Part shown: piece after piece, positions 25,047 to 35,625 of the stretch
Layout: the number at the start of each line of letters is the position of its first letter
Position numbering within the stretch: position 1 is the first letter of the stretch
Assembly: GCA_045589695.1 (NCBI GenBank)
Contig: JAZNPP010000056.1
Coordinates: forward strand, 2,100 to 66,099
Reading direction: 5' to 3'
Origin: Bacteroidaceae bacterium
GTDB taxonomy: Bacteria; Bacteroidota; Bacteroidia; Bacteroidales; Bacteroidaceae
Length of the DNA stretch: 64,000 nt
Notes under the pieces: generated by a model
Databases searched by the model: none
What the model was told of the DNA's origin: nothing
The model's input: the letters and a program-made list of their open reading frames with translations, nothing else
Made by a program: the position numbers and the translations under genes

Positions 25047-26276
25047 CTACCTCTTCAGATACCAAAGCACCGAGGCGTTTCCACGGCGGAATAATTCTTT
25101 TGCGGCGGAACGCAGTTCTTGTGCGGTAACAGCACGGTATTTTTCAGGCTCAAGAAAGTGAGAATCGAGGCTTCCCCGCATCTCGGCGACGGCGATATTG
25201 TTGCATAAGTTCTCGCCGCCGACATTGCGGAAGTAAAACTCCGACTCGAAGCGGTTACGCACCTTGTCAAGTTCTTCGCACGGCACAAGCTCGCTCTTCA
25301 GCAGCTCCAGTTCGTGCCATATCGCCTCTTCGGCCTCTTTTACAGACACTCCGTCGGCGACACGTGAATATATCCAGAACATGCCCGGGTCTTCGCAGCC
25401 CGAAATGAAAGCGTCAATTCTTGAAAAGAGTTTTTTCTCCTTGACCAAACGTGCCGACAGACGGCCCGAATATCCGTTTGACAGGACATCGGAGATAACG
25501 TCACACGGATAGTAGTCGGCGCTGAGTCTGCTACCCATGTGAAAACCCATGTAAAGGGCATTTTCGGGAACGTTGCGGTAGACGGTCTTGCGGCGCATGC
25601 GTGTCTGACGTGGCTCTTGCGGCAGCACTGCGACCTTGTAATCCGTTGCGGGAATGTCGCCGAACCATTTGCTGCACCACTCCATCACCTGCTCAAAAGA
25701 AACATCGCCCACGACTGCCAGAACAGCGTTGCCCGGCACATAATGACGTTTGTAGAAGCTGCGTATGACAGGCAGCGGAACATCGGCGATGTGCCTCAGT
25801 TCGCGTCCTATTGTGGACCAGCGGTACGGATGCCGTTTGTATGCCATTGAACGGAGAATGGTACTCGCGTCGCCGTAGGGTTTGTTGAGCTTAGTCTGCT
25901 TGAACTCCTCCATTACCACCTGACGCTGTACGGCGACTTTCTCTTTCCCGAACGTAATATTGCGCATGCGGTCGCTCTCGAGCCAAAAGGCGAGTTCGGC
26001 GTTCTGCTTGGGAAGAGCTATATAATAACTTGTGACATCGTTCGTCGTGTATGCGTTGTTCTCTCCCCCGGCATTCTCTACAGGCTCGTCAAACGAAGGA
26101 ACAGCCTTTGTGCCTTCGAACATCAGATGTTCAAGCAGGTGGGCTATGCCGGTGTACCGGTACTCCTCGTTGCGGGCCCCTACTCCGTAAAGCAGGTTTA
26201 TATAAACCATCTGCTTGCCCGCTGCAGGGTAATGCACCACCCGCAGCCCGTTCGGCAGTTGTCCCTTACTTACCAT
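25047..26276 (-). CDS. M16 (pitrilysin/insulinase) family zinc peptidase
   Basis: 409-aa ORF with the inverted zinc motif HLLEHLMFEGT (HxxEH). It overlaps the upstream PPIase stop by 11 nt. Confidence 0.85.
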   Translation of the reverse strand: MVSKGQLPNGLRVVHYPAAGKQMVYINLLYGVGARNEEYRYTGIAHLLEHLMFEGTKAVPSFDEPVENAGGENNAYTTNDVTSYYIALPKQNAELAFWLESDRMRNITFGKEKVAVQRQVVMEEFKQTKLNKPYGDASTILRSMAYKRHPYRWSTIGRELRHIADVPLPVIRSFYKRHYVPGNAVLAVVGDVSFEQVMEWCSKWFGDIPATDYKVAVLPQEPRQTRMRRKTVYRNVPENALYMGFHMGSRLSADYYPCDVISDVLSNGYSGRLSARLVKEKKLFSRIDAFISGCEDPGMFWIYSRVADGVSVKEAEEAIWHELELLKSELVPCEELDKVRNRFESEFYFRNVGGENLCNNIAVAEMRGSLDSHFLEPEKYRAVTAQELRSAAKELFRRGNASVLWYLKR

Positions 26277-27159
26277 AGTTATCGAGAAGCGTTGCCTTGT
26301 TTATCTTGATGTGAACGCGAGGACGTCCCTTTGAGGTTGCGTCCGCCGCAGAGATTTTATCCACGACGTCCATACCCTCGACAACCTCTCCGAAGACGGT
26401 ATAGTAGGCGTCGAGATGCGGAAGGCCGCCCACATTCATATACTCTTTGCGTTGTTTTGCCGAATATGAGAACTCGTTTCCCTTGACTGCCGCGCGCGCC
26501 TCGGCCATGAGTTTGCTGACAAGTTTATTGAGTTCCTCTTTCTTCTTGGCATCATGCTTTGCCGAATTGTTCAGTCGCAGTATCTGCTGGCGATACGGAA
26601 TCTGTACTTCGTGAAACTTCTTTGTTACAAGTTCTTCATTTATCTTCCGCTCGCTCAGCTTCAGTTCGTTATCTTTTGCGGGCTGCCCGGTAACAATATA
26701 GAAATGGGCTCCCGATGAGTAGTCGCCCCTGTTGAAACTTGCGGCAGCCACTGCTCCACGTTTGTGATAGCGTTTCGCAGGGTCTATCTCCGACGGCACG
26801 GTAAACTCGACGTCGGTAACGCCCAAGTCGGCACCGTCAGGGTTAGTCTTTGAGGTATAATCGCCTGTCTGAATGAAAAGGTTTTTCTTTACCCTATAGA
26901 ATAGCTGGCTGTCGTAAAATCCGTTCATGACAAGATTGACAAAATTCTTGCGGTGGCCGGGAGCCTCACGATAGAGTTTGACTGTGATGTCGCCCATGTC
27001 TGTCGAGAGCAGCACGTACTGGTCACTGTCGGGACTATTAACATTGAGGTCTTTCACAAGTTCTTCTTTCTTGTCTTCGTTCTGCGGTTTTTCGTTGCCG
27101 CCGCAAGAGAGCGACAGAAGAGATATTGCTAAAAGCGATAGATATGCAATTCTTTTCAT
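26266..27159 (-). CDS. cyclophilin-type peptidyl-prolyl cis-trans isomerase, lipoprotein, with internal insertion
   Basis: 297-aa ORF with lipobox LSLSC-G. The cyclophilin blocks FYRVKKNLFIQTGD and HLDAYYTVFGEVVEGMDVVDKI are split by a Lys-rich ~70-aa insert. Confidence 0.8.
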   Translation of the reverse strand: MKRIAYLSLLAISLLSLSCGGNEKPQNEDKKEELVKDLNVNSPDSDQYVLLSTDMGDITVKLYREAPGHRKNFVNLVMNGFYDSQLFYRVKKNLFIQTGDYTSKTNPDGADLGVTDVEFTVPSEIDPAKRYHKRGAVAAASFNRGDYSSGAHFYIVTGQPAKDNELKLSERKINEELVTKKFHEVQIPYRQQILRLNNSAKHDAKKKEELNKLVSKLMAEARAAVKGNEFSYSAKQRKEYMNVGGLPHLDAYYTVFGEVVEGMDVVDKISAADATSKGRPRVHIKINKATLLDNYGK

Positions 27160-27187
27160 TGACGTCTGTTTTTGGATTTACGAGAGG

Positions 27188-27195
27188 CAAATTTA
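27188..27195 (-). promoter_or_regulatory. -7 promoter box for the PPIase / M16 peptidase pair
   Basis: The minus strand reads TAAATTTG, 29 nt upstream of the ATG at 27159. Confidence 0.5.
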
Positions 27196-27325
27196 AAGAT
27201 ATTTGAAGAAAAAAACAATATTGCGGCCAAAAGTTGCCCGCCCGTATTTGTTTATGAATAACAGCAGGCAATGATAAAAAACATTTCAAAAAAAAATGGC
27301 ATACTTATAATAAATTTATATTACT

Positions 27326-30300
27326 TTGTATTCTAATATGGAAAAAAGGAGCAGGACATACAGAATTTTCAAGGCTGCGGCTATCGCCGTGTGCCTCCCT
27401 GTCGTCCTTTTATGGTTCTTTATCGTATTGCTGTATATCCCGCCGGTCCAGAGATTCGCCGTTGAGAAAATCCGCGAAAAGGTTGGCGAAGCGAGCGGTT
27501 TCGAGATAGACATGGGCTCTTTTCACCTTGCGTTCCCCCTTAAACTGAGCATATCGGACTTTCAGGTGTCAAGAAGCGACACTGCCTTTCTGCAAGGAAA
27601 AGAGGTTGAGGCCAACATTTCGTTCCTGCCGCTGCTGAGAGGAGAGGTGGAGGTAAATTACGTATCTATTGAGAAGACCGCCGTAAACACCGCCGGCCTT
27701 ATCGAAGGGGTAAAGATAGAAGGCGAGATAGGATTCTTCAGAGCTGTCGCGCGCAACATTGACTTAGAGAAAGAAACAGTAAACCTGAGGCAGCTGCACC
27801 TGCATAGCACGGACATGAACATCACTCTCTGCGACACAACTGAGAGCGAGGATGACGACGAGCCTCTGAACTGGGTAATAAACCTTTACAAGGGAGGCAT
27901 TGAGAACAGCAGCGTGAAGATAGACTTCCCGCTCGACACGATGTCCATCGCCGCCTGCATCGGCAAGCTGCGCATAAGAGAGGGCACCGTAGACATAGGC
28001 AATGAGATATATTCTGTCGGCAAGTTCGCCTTGAGCAACAGCAGAGCAAGATATGACGCAGGAACAGAAAGTCCTGAGGCAGAGCCGCTGAGCCACATAG
28101 CATTGGACAACATCAACATCGGCTGCAAAGATATTATATACAGCCCATTGTTTTCGTCTATTGACGTAGAGCGTCTTACATTCATTCAGCCGGGAGGCAT
28201 AAGAGTCACCAACGCCGCTGCATCGCTCACCGTCGATAAGGAAAAACTGAGCATAAACAAATTTGCGCTGAAGAGCAGGAACGGCACGGAGCTTGACATA
28301 AAGAGCGAACTCCCCTGGCAATCGCTCGGAACGGACGGACAAGAGAAGCTCGCAGCCATTCTGTCGCTGTCGCTCGACAAGAGAGACCTCACCGCCCTGC
28401 TGACAGAGGAACAGCAGAGCTATCTGAATATTTTTGAGGATGATATGCTTAGAGCCGAAGCCGCAGTACAAGGCAACATGAGCGAACTGAAGATTGACAC
28501 CCTCGATGTTACAGTTCCCTCACTCGCCGCGCTGCACGCAAGCGGGTACGCAAGAAACATCATTGAGCCGGACAGCATTGAAGCGTGCCTCGACATCTTC
28601 GACTCTACGGGCGAGCTGCGCAAGCTGCTGGCGGCAGAGGAGAACGACAGCATAACAGGCACCGGGCTTACGATAAACGGAAAAGCCGCATATAAAAAAG
28701 GTACGGCGGACGCCGACCTTGTTATCGACGGTATCGGAGGCAAGATTTCGGTACAGGCGATGTATGACATAGGAAGAGAGGCGTATGACGCGAACATAGG
28801 CATAACGGGAATAAACGTATCGTCATTGCTGCAGGACATTCCATTAAGCGGCCTTACAGCGAGCCTGAACGCAGCAGGCACAGGCTTTGACATCTTCGAC
28901 GAGCAGACCCGTTACGAAATAGGCATCGCCATTGACACCCTTTTGTACGACGGGACAGAACTGAAGAGCATCAGCCTCAATGCGGCACAGCAGAACAGTA
29001 TCTCGAAGATTGTCGCTGCCGGCGACGCTAACGACCTCAAGTTCAGCGTCGATGCCGACACGGAACTGAAAAAGAACGACATAAAAAACAAGACGTCCAT
29101 TGATATATCAAAAGCCGACTTCATGATGCTCGGGCTGACAGACGCAGAGCTTGGCACTGAGATAAAACTGGATATTGAGGCTTCGACCGACATGCGCGAG
29201 AGCCATGCGTTGCGGCTTAACGGAAAAGGACTGAAGATTATAACAGAGAAAAAGAGCTTCACTCCTGCAAACATTTCGATAGACTTCTCCACAACGCCCG
29301 ACTTTTCCTATTTGAAGGCAAGCAACGGCGACCTGCATATCGACGGCAGCCTTAAAAGCGGATACAAAGGATTGTTCAGCTCTTTAGGCAAGCTCGAAGA
29401 GATGCTAAGAACAGCCGCAAAAGAGGAAAGCACCCTGTACTACCTTCAGGACTACGAGAAGGCTCTGCCTGACATAACGCTCGATTTCAGCTGCGGACAG
29501 AAGAACGTTCTGCACAACTACCTTGCCATGAAAGAGCTGAATGTCAATAACATGAACTTGACCATGAAGCTCGACAGCGTAAAGGGCATCAACATCAACG
29601 GCGGAGTATACGGTTTCAAGAGCGGAGAACTGAACCTTGACACGATAAGGCTATTCACACGCCAGGAAGACAACAAGATAAGATATCTGGCAGGCGTGCG
29701 AAGCACCACGCTTAATCCCATGCAGGAGAAGATGACGTTCAACGCCATGCTGTTCGGAAATATTTTCAACGACTCCGTAACCACAAACTTCGTGTTCCGT
29801 GACAAGGAAGAGGGGGTAGGCATAAAGTTCGGGGCAAAGACACTTGTCAAGCCAAAAGAGATTGAGATAAGGTTCGACCCCGACGCTGTTCTTTTCGGAA
29901 GCAAATTCAGGTTCGAAAAGAATAATTATATAAGGTTCGGAGGGCTGTACTCCATTGATGCCGATGTAGCCGTGACAGACGAACATGACGCCGGCATGCG
30001 CCTCACAGCGTCGCCCGACGAAGAGAAAAGACTCAATTCAAACCTTGAGCTGTTCAACGTGAACCTGAAAAAGCTGACAGGCATGATGCCGTTCGTGCCC
30101 GACATCGGCGGCATGCTCAACCTTGACCTTTTTCTCAGAATGGAAAAAGAGAAGCTGCTGCTGAGCAGCGACATAAGAGCAGACAGCGTTTCGTACGAAG
30201 GAACACTAATAGGCGATGAGACACTCGAAGTGGTATACTTCCCGAAAGAGAACAGCATGCACTACCTTGACGTGAAGCTGAGCCACGACAACGAAGAGGT

Positions 30301-31969
30301 GGCGCACCTCGAAGGCGACTACTTTAACGACAACGAAGAGCCGGGACTGAAAGGAGACATAACACTTACAAGATTCCCGCTTGCTGTAAGCAAGGCCTTC
30401 ATGAAAGATGCGGGCATGAGCCTCGACGGTTACGTGAACAGCAGGGTAAACGCCGTAGGCAAGCTGTCGGAACTTGACACCGACGGATACATACAGTTCG
30501 ATTCGGCATTCGTGAACGCTCCCCTGTTCGGCGCCGACCTGCGTCTGTCGGACAAACCCGTGATCATTGACCGCAACAGAATTCAGTTCAACAGCTTTGA
30601 CATTTACGCCAAAGGAGAGAGCCCGTTCAAGCTGAACGGCACGGTAGACATGAGCAAGATGTCGAACCCGTCGTTCAACCTCAGGATGAATGCGAACGAC
30701 TATGAGCTTGTAAACGCTCCAAGACGGAAAGGAAGCATGCTGTACGGCAGAATGTTCATCGACTTCAGAGCATTCATCGGCGGCACGCTGAACAGCATGA
30801 AGGTATACGGCAATGCGACATTGCTCGGCAAGAGCAATATCACATACGTGATGCAGGACGCTCCAATAGGAACAGACAAGGAGCTTGACGGGCTTGTGGA
30901 GTTCGTCAATTTCTCGGACACGGCAAAGGTTGAAGCGGCCGAAGAGGAGGAAGCAGACTTCGGAAACACGAACATCAGCATGGGACTGAGAATTGAGGAC
31001 GGGGCGAGAATAAACGCCGACTTCGATGCGAACAGGAACAGCTACGTGACGTTGCAGGGAGGCGGAAACCTTAACATGAGCTACACCAGCAGCAACGGGC
31101 TTAACGTGTCGGGCACATACACTATGAGCGACGGCGAACTGAAGTACGAACTGCCTATCATTCCGTTAAAGACGTTCAACATAACCGACGGCAGCAAGGT
31201 CACATGGACCGGAGACATTCTTGACCCGACAATTGAAATAACGGCATTGGAGCGGATAACGACATCGGTGAGCATGGACGACGGAGGCTCGCAGCCCGTA
31301 GCGTTCGATGTGGGCGTAAAGCTGAGCAACACATTGAGCGACATGGGACTGACGTTTACCATTTCGGCACCCGAAAATGCCGTAGTCCAAGACCAACTGA
31401 ACAGCCTCGACACCGAAACGCTCAACAAATATGCCGTGACAATGCTCATAACAGGGACATACATAGGCAACAGCAAGGGCATGAGCGTGACAAACGCCTT
31501 AAACTCCTTCATCGACGCCAAGATAAACGACATTGCAGGAAGCGCAATGAAGAGCGTAAGCGTGAATGTAGGAATAAACGATGCCGAGAACGCCGAAACG
31601 GGAGGCACATACAAGAATTACTCGTTCAGTTTCAAGAAGAGGTTCTGGAACGACAGGCTGACGATAGTCATTGGCGGCGAAGTGAACAGCGGCGACCGCC
31701 CTACCGCCAACGAGAGCTTTATAAACAACGTTTCGCTCGAATGGAAGATAAGCGAAAGCAGCAACCGCTATCTGAGGCTGTTTTACGACAAGAACTACGA
31801 GTCGTTGCTTGAGGGCGAGATTATAGAGACCGGCATAGGTTACGTTTACAAACGCAAACTTGAGAACTTGCGCAATCTGTTCATCTTTAAACGGGGAAAA
31901 AAGAAAGAAAAGGAGCTAACCGGCCGGGATACGACAGACACTGACAAGAAAAAGGCAAAGAGCGAATAG
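27326..31969 (+). CDS. tamB: translocation and assembly module protein TamB-like (DUF490 C-terminus)
   Basis: 1547-aa ORF. It has a single N-terminal TM anchor (AIAVCLPVVLLWFFIVLLYIPP), a long beta-rich repetitive body and a C-terminal block RLTIVIGGEVNSG...VSLEWKISESSNRYLRLFYDKNYES. It sits immediately upstream of an Omp85 gene. An alternative start at 27338 is possible. Confidence 0.78.
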   Translation: MYSNMEKRSRTYRIFKAAAIAVCLPVVLLWFFIVLLYIPPVQRFAVEKIREKVGEASGFEIDMGSFHLAFPLKLSISDFQVSRSDTAFLQGKEVEANISFLPLLRGEVEVNYVSIEKTAVNTAGLIEGVKIEGEIGFFRAVARNIDLEKETVNLRQLHLHSTDMNITLCDTTESEDDDEPLNWVINLYKGGIENSSVKIDFPLDTMSIAACIGKLRIREGTVDIGNEIYSVGKFALSNSRARYDAGTESPEAEPLSHIALDNINIGCKDIIYSPLFSSIDVERLTFIQPGGIRVTNAAASLTVDKEKLSINKFALKSRNGTELDIKSELPWQSLGTDGQEKLAAILSLSLDKRDLTALLTEEQQSYLNIFEDDMLRAEAAVQGNMSELKIDTLDVTVPSLAALHASGYARNIIEPDSIEACLDIFDSTGELRKLLAAEENDSITGTGLTINGKAAYKKGTADADLVIDGIGGKISVQAMYDIGREAYDANIGITGINVSSLLQDIPLSGLTASLNAAGTGFDIFDEQTRYEIGIAIDTLLYDGTELKSISLNAAQQNSISKIVAAGDANDLKFSVDADTELKKNDIKNKTSIDISKADFMMLGLTDAELGTEIKLDIEASTDMRESHALRLNGKGLKIITEKKSFTPANISIDFSTTPDFSYLKASNGDLHIDGSLKSGYKGLFSSLGKLEEMLRTAAKEESTLYYLQDYEKALPDITLDFSCGQKNVLHNYLAMKELNVNNMNLTMKLDSVKGININGGVYGFKSGELNLDTIRLFTRQEDNKIRYLAGVRSTTLNPMQEKMTFNAMLFGNIFNDSVTTNFVFRDKEEGVGIKFGAKTLVKPKEIEIRFDPDAVLFGSKFRFEKNNYIRFGGLYSIDADVAVTDEHDAGMRLTASPDEEKRLNSNLELFNVNLKKLTGMMPFVPDIGGMLNLDLFLRMEKEKLLLSSDIRADSVSYEGTLIGDETLEVVYFPKENSMHYLDVKLSHDNEEVAHLEGDYFNDNEEPGLKGDITLTRFPLAVSKAFMKDAGMSLDGYVNSRVNAVGKLSELDTDGYIQFDSAFVNAPLFGADLRLSDKPVIIDRNRIQFNSFDIYAKGESPFKLNGTVDMSKMSNPSFNLRMNANDYELVNAPRRKGSMLYGRMFIDFRAFIGGTLNSMKVYGNATLLGKSNITYVMQDAPIGTDKELDGLVEFVNFSDTAKVEAAEEEEADFGNTNISMGLRIEDGARINADFDANRNSYVTLQGGGNLNMSYTSSNGLNVSGTYTMSDGELKYELPIIPLKTFNITDGSKVTWTGDILDPTIEITALERITTSVSMDDGGSQPVAFDVGVKLSNTLSDMGLTFTISAPENAVVQDQLNSLDTETLNKYAVTMLITGTYIGNSKGMSVTNALNSFIDAKINDIAGSAMKSVSVNVGINDAENAETGGTYKNYSFSFKKRFWNDRLTIVIGGEVNSGDRPTANESFINNVSLEWKISESSNRYLRLFYDKNYESLLEGEIIETGIGYVYKRKLENLRNLFIFKRGKKKEKELTGRDTTDTDKKKAKSE

Positions 31970-31970
31970 C

Positions 31971-34292
31971 ATGAGATTGAAAAGTCTATACATAATCACA
32001 ATAACGGCATTGATGCTTGCGGCATGTTCGACCACCAAACTGATACCTGACGGCGAACAGCTTTATACCGGCATGAAAAGCACCGAATTTGTCGGCAAGA
32101 AGAAATATGCCGCTACGGCTACAGGCAAGAGCGCTATCGAGGAGGTGACATACGCGCTTGACTGCGCTCCCAACGGCTCACTTCTCGGCAGCTCAAGATG
32201 GCGTGCCCTGCCTATCGGGCTCTGGTGGTACAACGCCTTCCGCAATTCAAAAAGCATGCTCGGCAAATGGTTCTTCAACACATTCGCCACCGACCCTGTG
32301 CTTATTTCAGACGTAAACCCGGAACTGCGTGCCGAAGTAGCAACAGAAGTGCTTAAATACTACGGATACTTCAACGGCAAGACAACAGCTGAGACAATCA
32401 CCGGCAAGAAAAACGCAAAGACGGCCAAAGTAAAATATACCGTAACGCTGAACGAGCCGTACATGTACGACAGCATCTCGTACAGCGGCTTCCCCGCTCC
32501 TGCCGACAGCATAATAAAGGCAACGTGGAACAGGCGGCTCGTGAAGAGCGGCGAGCAGTTCAATGCTGCATTAATGGAGGAAGAACGCACAAGGCTGAGC
32601 AAACTGTTCAGGAACGAAGGTTACTACTATTTCCAGCCCGGCAGCATAACATATCTCGCCGACAGCGTGAACGCCCCGGGGAAAATATCCATGCGCATAC
32701 AGCCGGCCGCCAACCTGCCCAAACGTGCATTGCAGCAATGGAAGTTCGGCAAGATAAACATCCGTATTCCGCAGAACAGCTCAACCGGCGGCAACAGAAC
32801 AGCCGAGAGCGACACGCTGAGCCGAAGAAATTTCTCTTACATTTACAACGGCAAGAGACCGCCTGTAAAGATAGGCGCCTTGCTTCGTAACGTTCAAATC
32901 AGGACCGGGCAGCTATACTCGAACGACAAACAGCAAGAGGCGTTCAAGAGACTGAGCCAGATGAACATATTCAGCAACATTAATTTCGCCCTCACGCCAA
33001 GAGGAGAGAGCGACACTCTTGACTTAAACATCACAGCTCAGCTCGACAAGCCGTACGACTTCAGTTTCGAACTTAACGCCACATCGAAGAGCAACGACCA
33101 GATAGGCCCCGGAAGCAGGATAAGCCTTGCGAAAAAGAATGTGTTCCGAGGCGGCGAAATGCTCAAGTTCACTCTTAAAGGCTCGTACGAGTGGCAGACC
33201 GACAAGAATGTCACGGGACGCTCAAGCGTGATAAACTCATGGGAAATAGGCGGCGACGTAGCGTTGTCCTTTCCCCGCCTGTTCTTCCCTATCGTTCACC
33301 GCCGTTACCTGCGCGTACCATCGACAACGTCGCTGAGACTGCACGCGAACGTGATGAACCGTTCAGGATTCTTCAGAATGGTACGTGCCGGAGGCGATGC
33401 CACATACAAGATATTCTCGCACAGCACGACAACGCACACAGTCATACCGTTCCGCCTGACATACGACATGCTGCTCAGCACCACAGCGAAGTTCGACTCT
33501 ATCGCAAAGAGCAACCGTTCTATCGAGAACAGTTTCCGCGACCAGTTCATACCGGCTATGCAATATACATACTTGTATGACAACACAAATACCGACCACA
33601 GGAACAAGACAAGCATCGAGGTGTCGGTGACGCAGGCCGGAAACATAACGTCCCTGTTCTTCTATGCGTTCGGAAAGGGTTTCAACACCAAGAACAAGAA
33701 CATATTCGGTAACCCTTACGCGCAATTCGTCAAAGCTACCGCAGAGATGAGACAGCTGTGGAAGATTGACCGCAACCAGTACATAGCGACAAGAATACTG
33801 GCCGGAGCGATACACAGCTACGGGAATTCCGAATATGCCCCGTACAGCGAACAGTTCTACATCGGCGGCGCCAATAGCCTCAGGGCATTCACGACACGCT
33901 CCATAGGCCCGGGAAGTTTCAGGCCCGACGGCAAGAACAGATACTCCTACCTCGACGAAACAGGTACTCTGAAGTTAGAGATGAACGTGGAATACCGATT
34001 CAGGATTATACAGGACCTGCACGGCGCCGTGTTCGTCGATGCGGGAAACATCTGGCTGATGAAAGAGGACCCCGAACGCCCGGGAGGTGAGATAAAAGCC
34101 GATACGTTCGCCAAACAGATAGCCTTGAATACAGGTTTCGGCATAAGATACGACCTTGAGTTCTTAGTACTCAGACTTGACTTCGGACTCGGACTGCATG
34201 CGCCTTATGAGACAAAGCGGAAAGGCTATTTCAACCTCTCGCCGTTCAAGGACGGCTTTGCCTGGCATTTCGCTATCGGATACCCGTTCTGA
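31971..34292 (+). CDS. Omp85 (BamA/TamA) family outer-membrane protein, lipoprotein TamL type
   Basis: 773-aa ORF with lipobox LMLAAC-S. It has a C-terminal 16-strand-type barrel region (YIGGANSLRAFTTRSIGPG, VFVDAGNIW) and a terminal aromatic residue (GYPF). It starts 2 nt after the tamB stop. Confidence 0.78.
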   Translation: MRLKSLYIITITALMLAACSTTKLIPDGEQLYTGMKSTEFVGKKKYAATATGKSAIEEVTYALDCAPNGSLLGSSRWRALPIGLWWYNAFRNSKSMLGKWFFNTFATDPVLISDVNPELRAEVATEVLKYYGYFNGKTTAETITGKKNAKTAKVKYTVTLNEPYMYDSISYSGFPAPADSIIKATWNRRLVKSGEQFNAALMEEERTRLSKLFRNEGYYYFQPGSITYLADSVNAPGKISMRIQPAANLPKRALQQWKFGKINIRIPQNSSTGGNRTAESDTLSRRNFSYIYNGKRPPVKIGALLRNVQIRTGQLYSNDKQQEAFKRLSQMNIFSNINFALTPRGESDTLDLNITAQLDKPYDFSFELNATSKSNDQIGPGSRISLAKKNVFRGGEMLKFTLKGSYEWQTDKNVTGRSSVINSWEIGGDVALSFPRLFFPIVHRRYLRVPSTTSLRLHANVMNRSGFFRMVRAGGDATYKIFSHSTTTHTVIPFRLTYDMLLSTTAKFDSIAKSNRSIENSFRDQFIPAMQYTYLYDNTNTDHRNKTSIEVSVTQAGNITSLFFYAFGKGFNTKNKNIFGNPYAQFVKATAEMRQLWKIDRNQYIATRILAGAIHSYGNSEYAPYSEQFYIGGANSLRAFTTRSIGPGSFRPDGKNRYSYLDETGTLKLEMNVEYRFRIIQDLHGAVFVDAGNIWLMKEDPERPGGEIKADTFAKQIALNTGFGIRYDLEFLVLRLDFGLGLHAPYETKRKGYFNLSPFKDGFAWHFAIGYPF

Positions 34293-34346
34293 TGTATATA
34301 AAAAAGTTTTTTACTGTTTTTTTGCAAATTATTAACTTTTTAATTG

Positions 34347-34354
34347 TACCTTTG
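34347..34354 (+). promoter_or_regulatory. -7 promoter box for the 34425 nucleotidyltransferase gene
   Basis: TACCTTTG with TTTG at 34321-34324 (22-nt spacing), 71 nt before the ATG. Confidence 0.55.
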
Positions 34355-34424
34355 GAAAGAATGGCTCACGACAGCCGCTCTCACACTGAAAAACATTTAT
34401 AATTAACACTTAATATTTACAAAA

Positions 34425-35330
34425 ATGAAACCTACACTTTTTGTTTTGGCTGCAGGTATGGGCAGCCGTTATGGCGGTTTGAAACAGTTGGACGGTCTTG
34501 GTCCTAACGGAGAGACAATCATGGACTACTCTATCTTTGATGCTATCCGTGGCGGTTTCGGCAAATTGGTATTCGTTATCCGCAAGGATTTTGAAGCGGA
34601 CTTCCGTGAAAAGGTATTGAGCAAGTACGAAGGTCACATTCCTACAGAACTTGTATTCCAGGCTATCGACAACCTCCCCGAAGGTTTTGAGGTGCCGGCG
34701 GATCGTACAAAGCCCTGGGGCACAAACCACGCTGTACTTATGGGAAAAGATGTTATCAAGGAGCCTTTCGCAGTAATCAACGCCGATGACTTCTACGGAC
34801 GTGACGCATTTGCCGTTATGGGCAAGTGGCTCAGCGAACTTCCCGAAGGCAGCACAGGCCGCTACTCAATGGTAGGTTTCCGCATCTGCAACACATTGAG
34901 CGAGAATGGCAGCGTTGCGCGCGGCGTTTGCGAGAAGAACGAACAGAACATGCTTACAGGCGTTGTAGAGCGTACAGAAATTATGCGTGTAGACGGCCCT
35001 ATCTGCTTCAAGGACGAAGAGGGCGCATGGCAGCCTGTAGCGGAAGAGACACCGGTATCTATGAACTTCTGGGGCTTCACACCTGACTACTTCAAGTATT
35101 CAGAGGAGCAGTTCGTGGACTTCTTGAAGGAGAACATCGACAAGCCGAAGGCAGAATACTTCATCCCGCTTGTAGTGAACAACCTCACCACTTCCGGTAC
35201 AGCAAGCTGCGAGGTACTTGACACGACAGCAAAGTGGTTCGGCGTTACATACGCAGCTGACCGCCCAGCAACAGTCGAGAAGATTCAGTCACTCGTTGAT
35301 GCCGGTGAATATCCCGAAAAGCTGTTCTAA
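34425..35330 (+). CDS. nucleotidyltransferase family protein (sugar-1-phosphate NTP-transferase-like)
   Basis: 301-aa ORF. The N-terminal LFVLAAGMGSRYGGLKQLDGLGPNGETIMDYSI matches the G-x-G-S-R glycine-rich loop of NTP_transferase proteins. It is monocistronic, with its own promoter box and terminator. Confidence 0.65.
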   Translation: MKPTLFVLAAGMGSRYGGLKQLDGLGPNGETIMDYSIFDAIRGGFGKLVFVIRKDFEADFREKVLSKYEGHIPTELVFQAIDNLPEGFEVPADRTKPWGTNHAVLMGKDVIKEPFAVINADDFYGRDAFAVMGKWLSELPEGSTGRYSMVGFRICNTLSENGSVARGVCEKNEQNMLTGVVERTEIMRVDGPICFKDEEGAWQPVAEETPVSMNFWGFTPDYFKYSEEQFVDFLKENIDKPKAEYFIPLVVNNLTTSGTASCEVLDTTAKWFGVTYAADRPATVEKIQSLVDAGEYPEKLF

Positions 35331-35352
35331 AAAAGGAACAGAATTCACAAAA

Positions 35353-35388
35353 ACAGGCTTCCGAAGAAAATCGGAAGCCTGTTTTTGT
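35353..35388 (+). terminator. intrinsic terminator after the 34425-35330 nucleotidyltransferase gene
   Basis: ACAGGCTTCCGA-AGAAAA-TCGGAAGCCTGT followed by TTTTTG. Confidence 0.85.
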
Positions 35389-35505
35389 GAAGAAAAAAGT
35401 AATAGCCTGCAATGTACGAGAGATTATCTTATAGGAGCGTAAACGAAGTCTCAGCTATTCTTGCTCCGCAAAGAACCCCGACCCTAACAGCTTACCAAGA
35501 TGAAT

Positions 35506-35530
35506 AAAGCAGGCCCCATGGACCTGCTTT
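35506..35530 (-). terminator. terminator-like hairpin after tRNA-Gly
   Basis: Minus strand AAAGCAGG-TCCATGGGG-CCTGCTTT followed by ATTCATCTT, 8 nt after the tRNA 3' end. Confidence 0.6.
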
Positions 35531-35537
35531 GCTTTAG

Positions 35538-35610
35538 AGCGGCAAACGGGGCTCGAACCCGCGACCCTCAGCTTGGGAAGCTGATGCTCTACCAACTGAG
35601 CTACTGCCGC
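35538..35610 (-). tRNA. tRNA-Gly (anticodon CCC)
   Basis: Reverse complement reads GCGGCAGTAGCTCAGTTGGTAGAGCATCAGCTTCCCAAGCTGAGGGTCGCGGGTTCGAGCCCCGTTTGCCGCT. The anticodon loop is TTCCCAA and the discriminator is U73, typical of Gly. CCA is not encoded. Confidence 0.9.
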
Positions 35611-35625
35611 AATGCATCTTCTCTG

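Noticed and set aside
27764-31614. Numerous 90-235-aa minus-strand ORFs inside tamB, many Ser/Met/Phe-rich
   Set aside because: They are antisense frames of a long, compositionally biased gene. They have no start context or motifs and are mutually overlapping.
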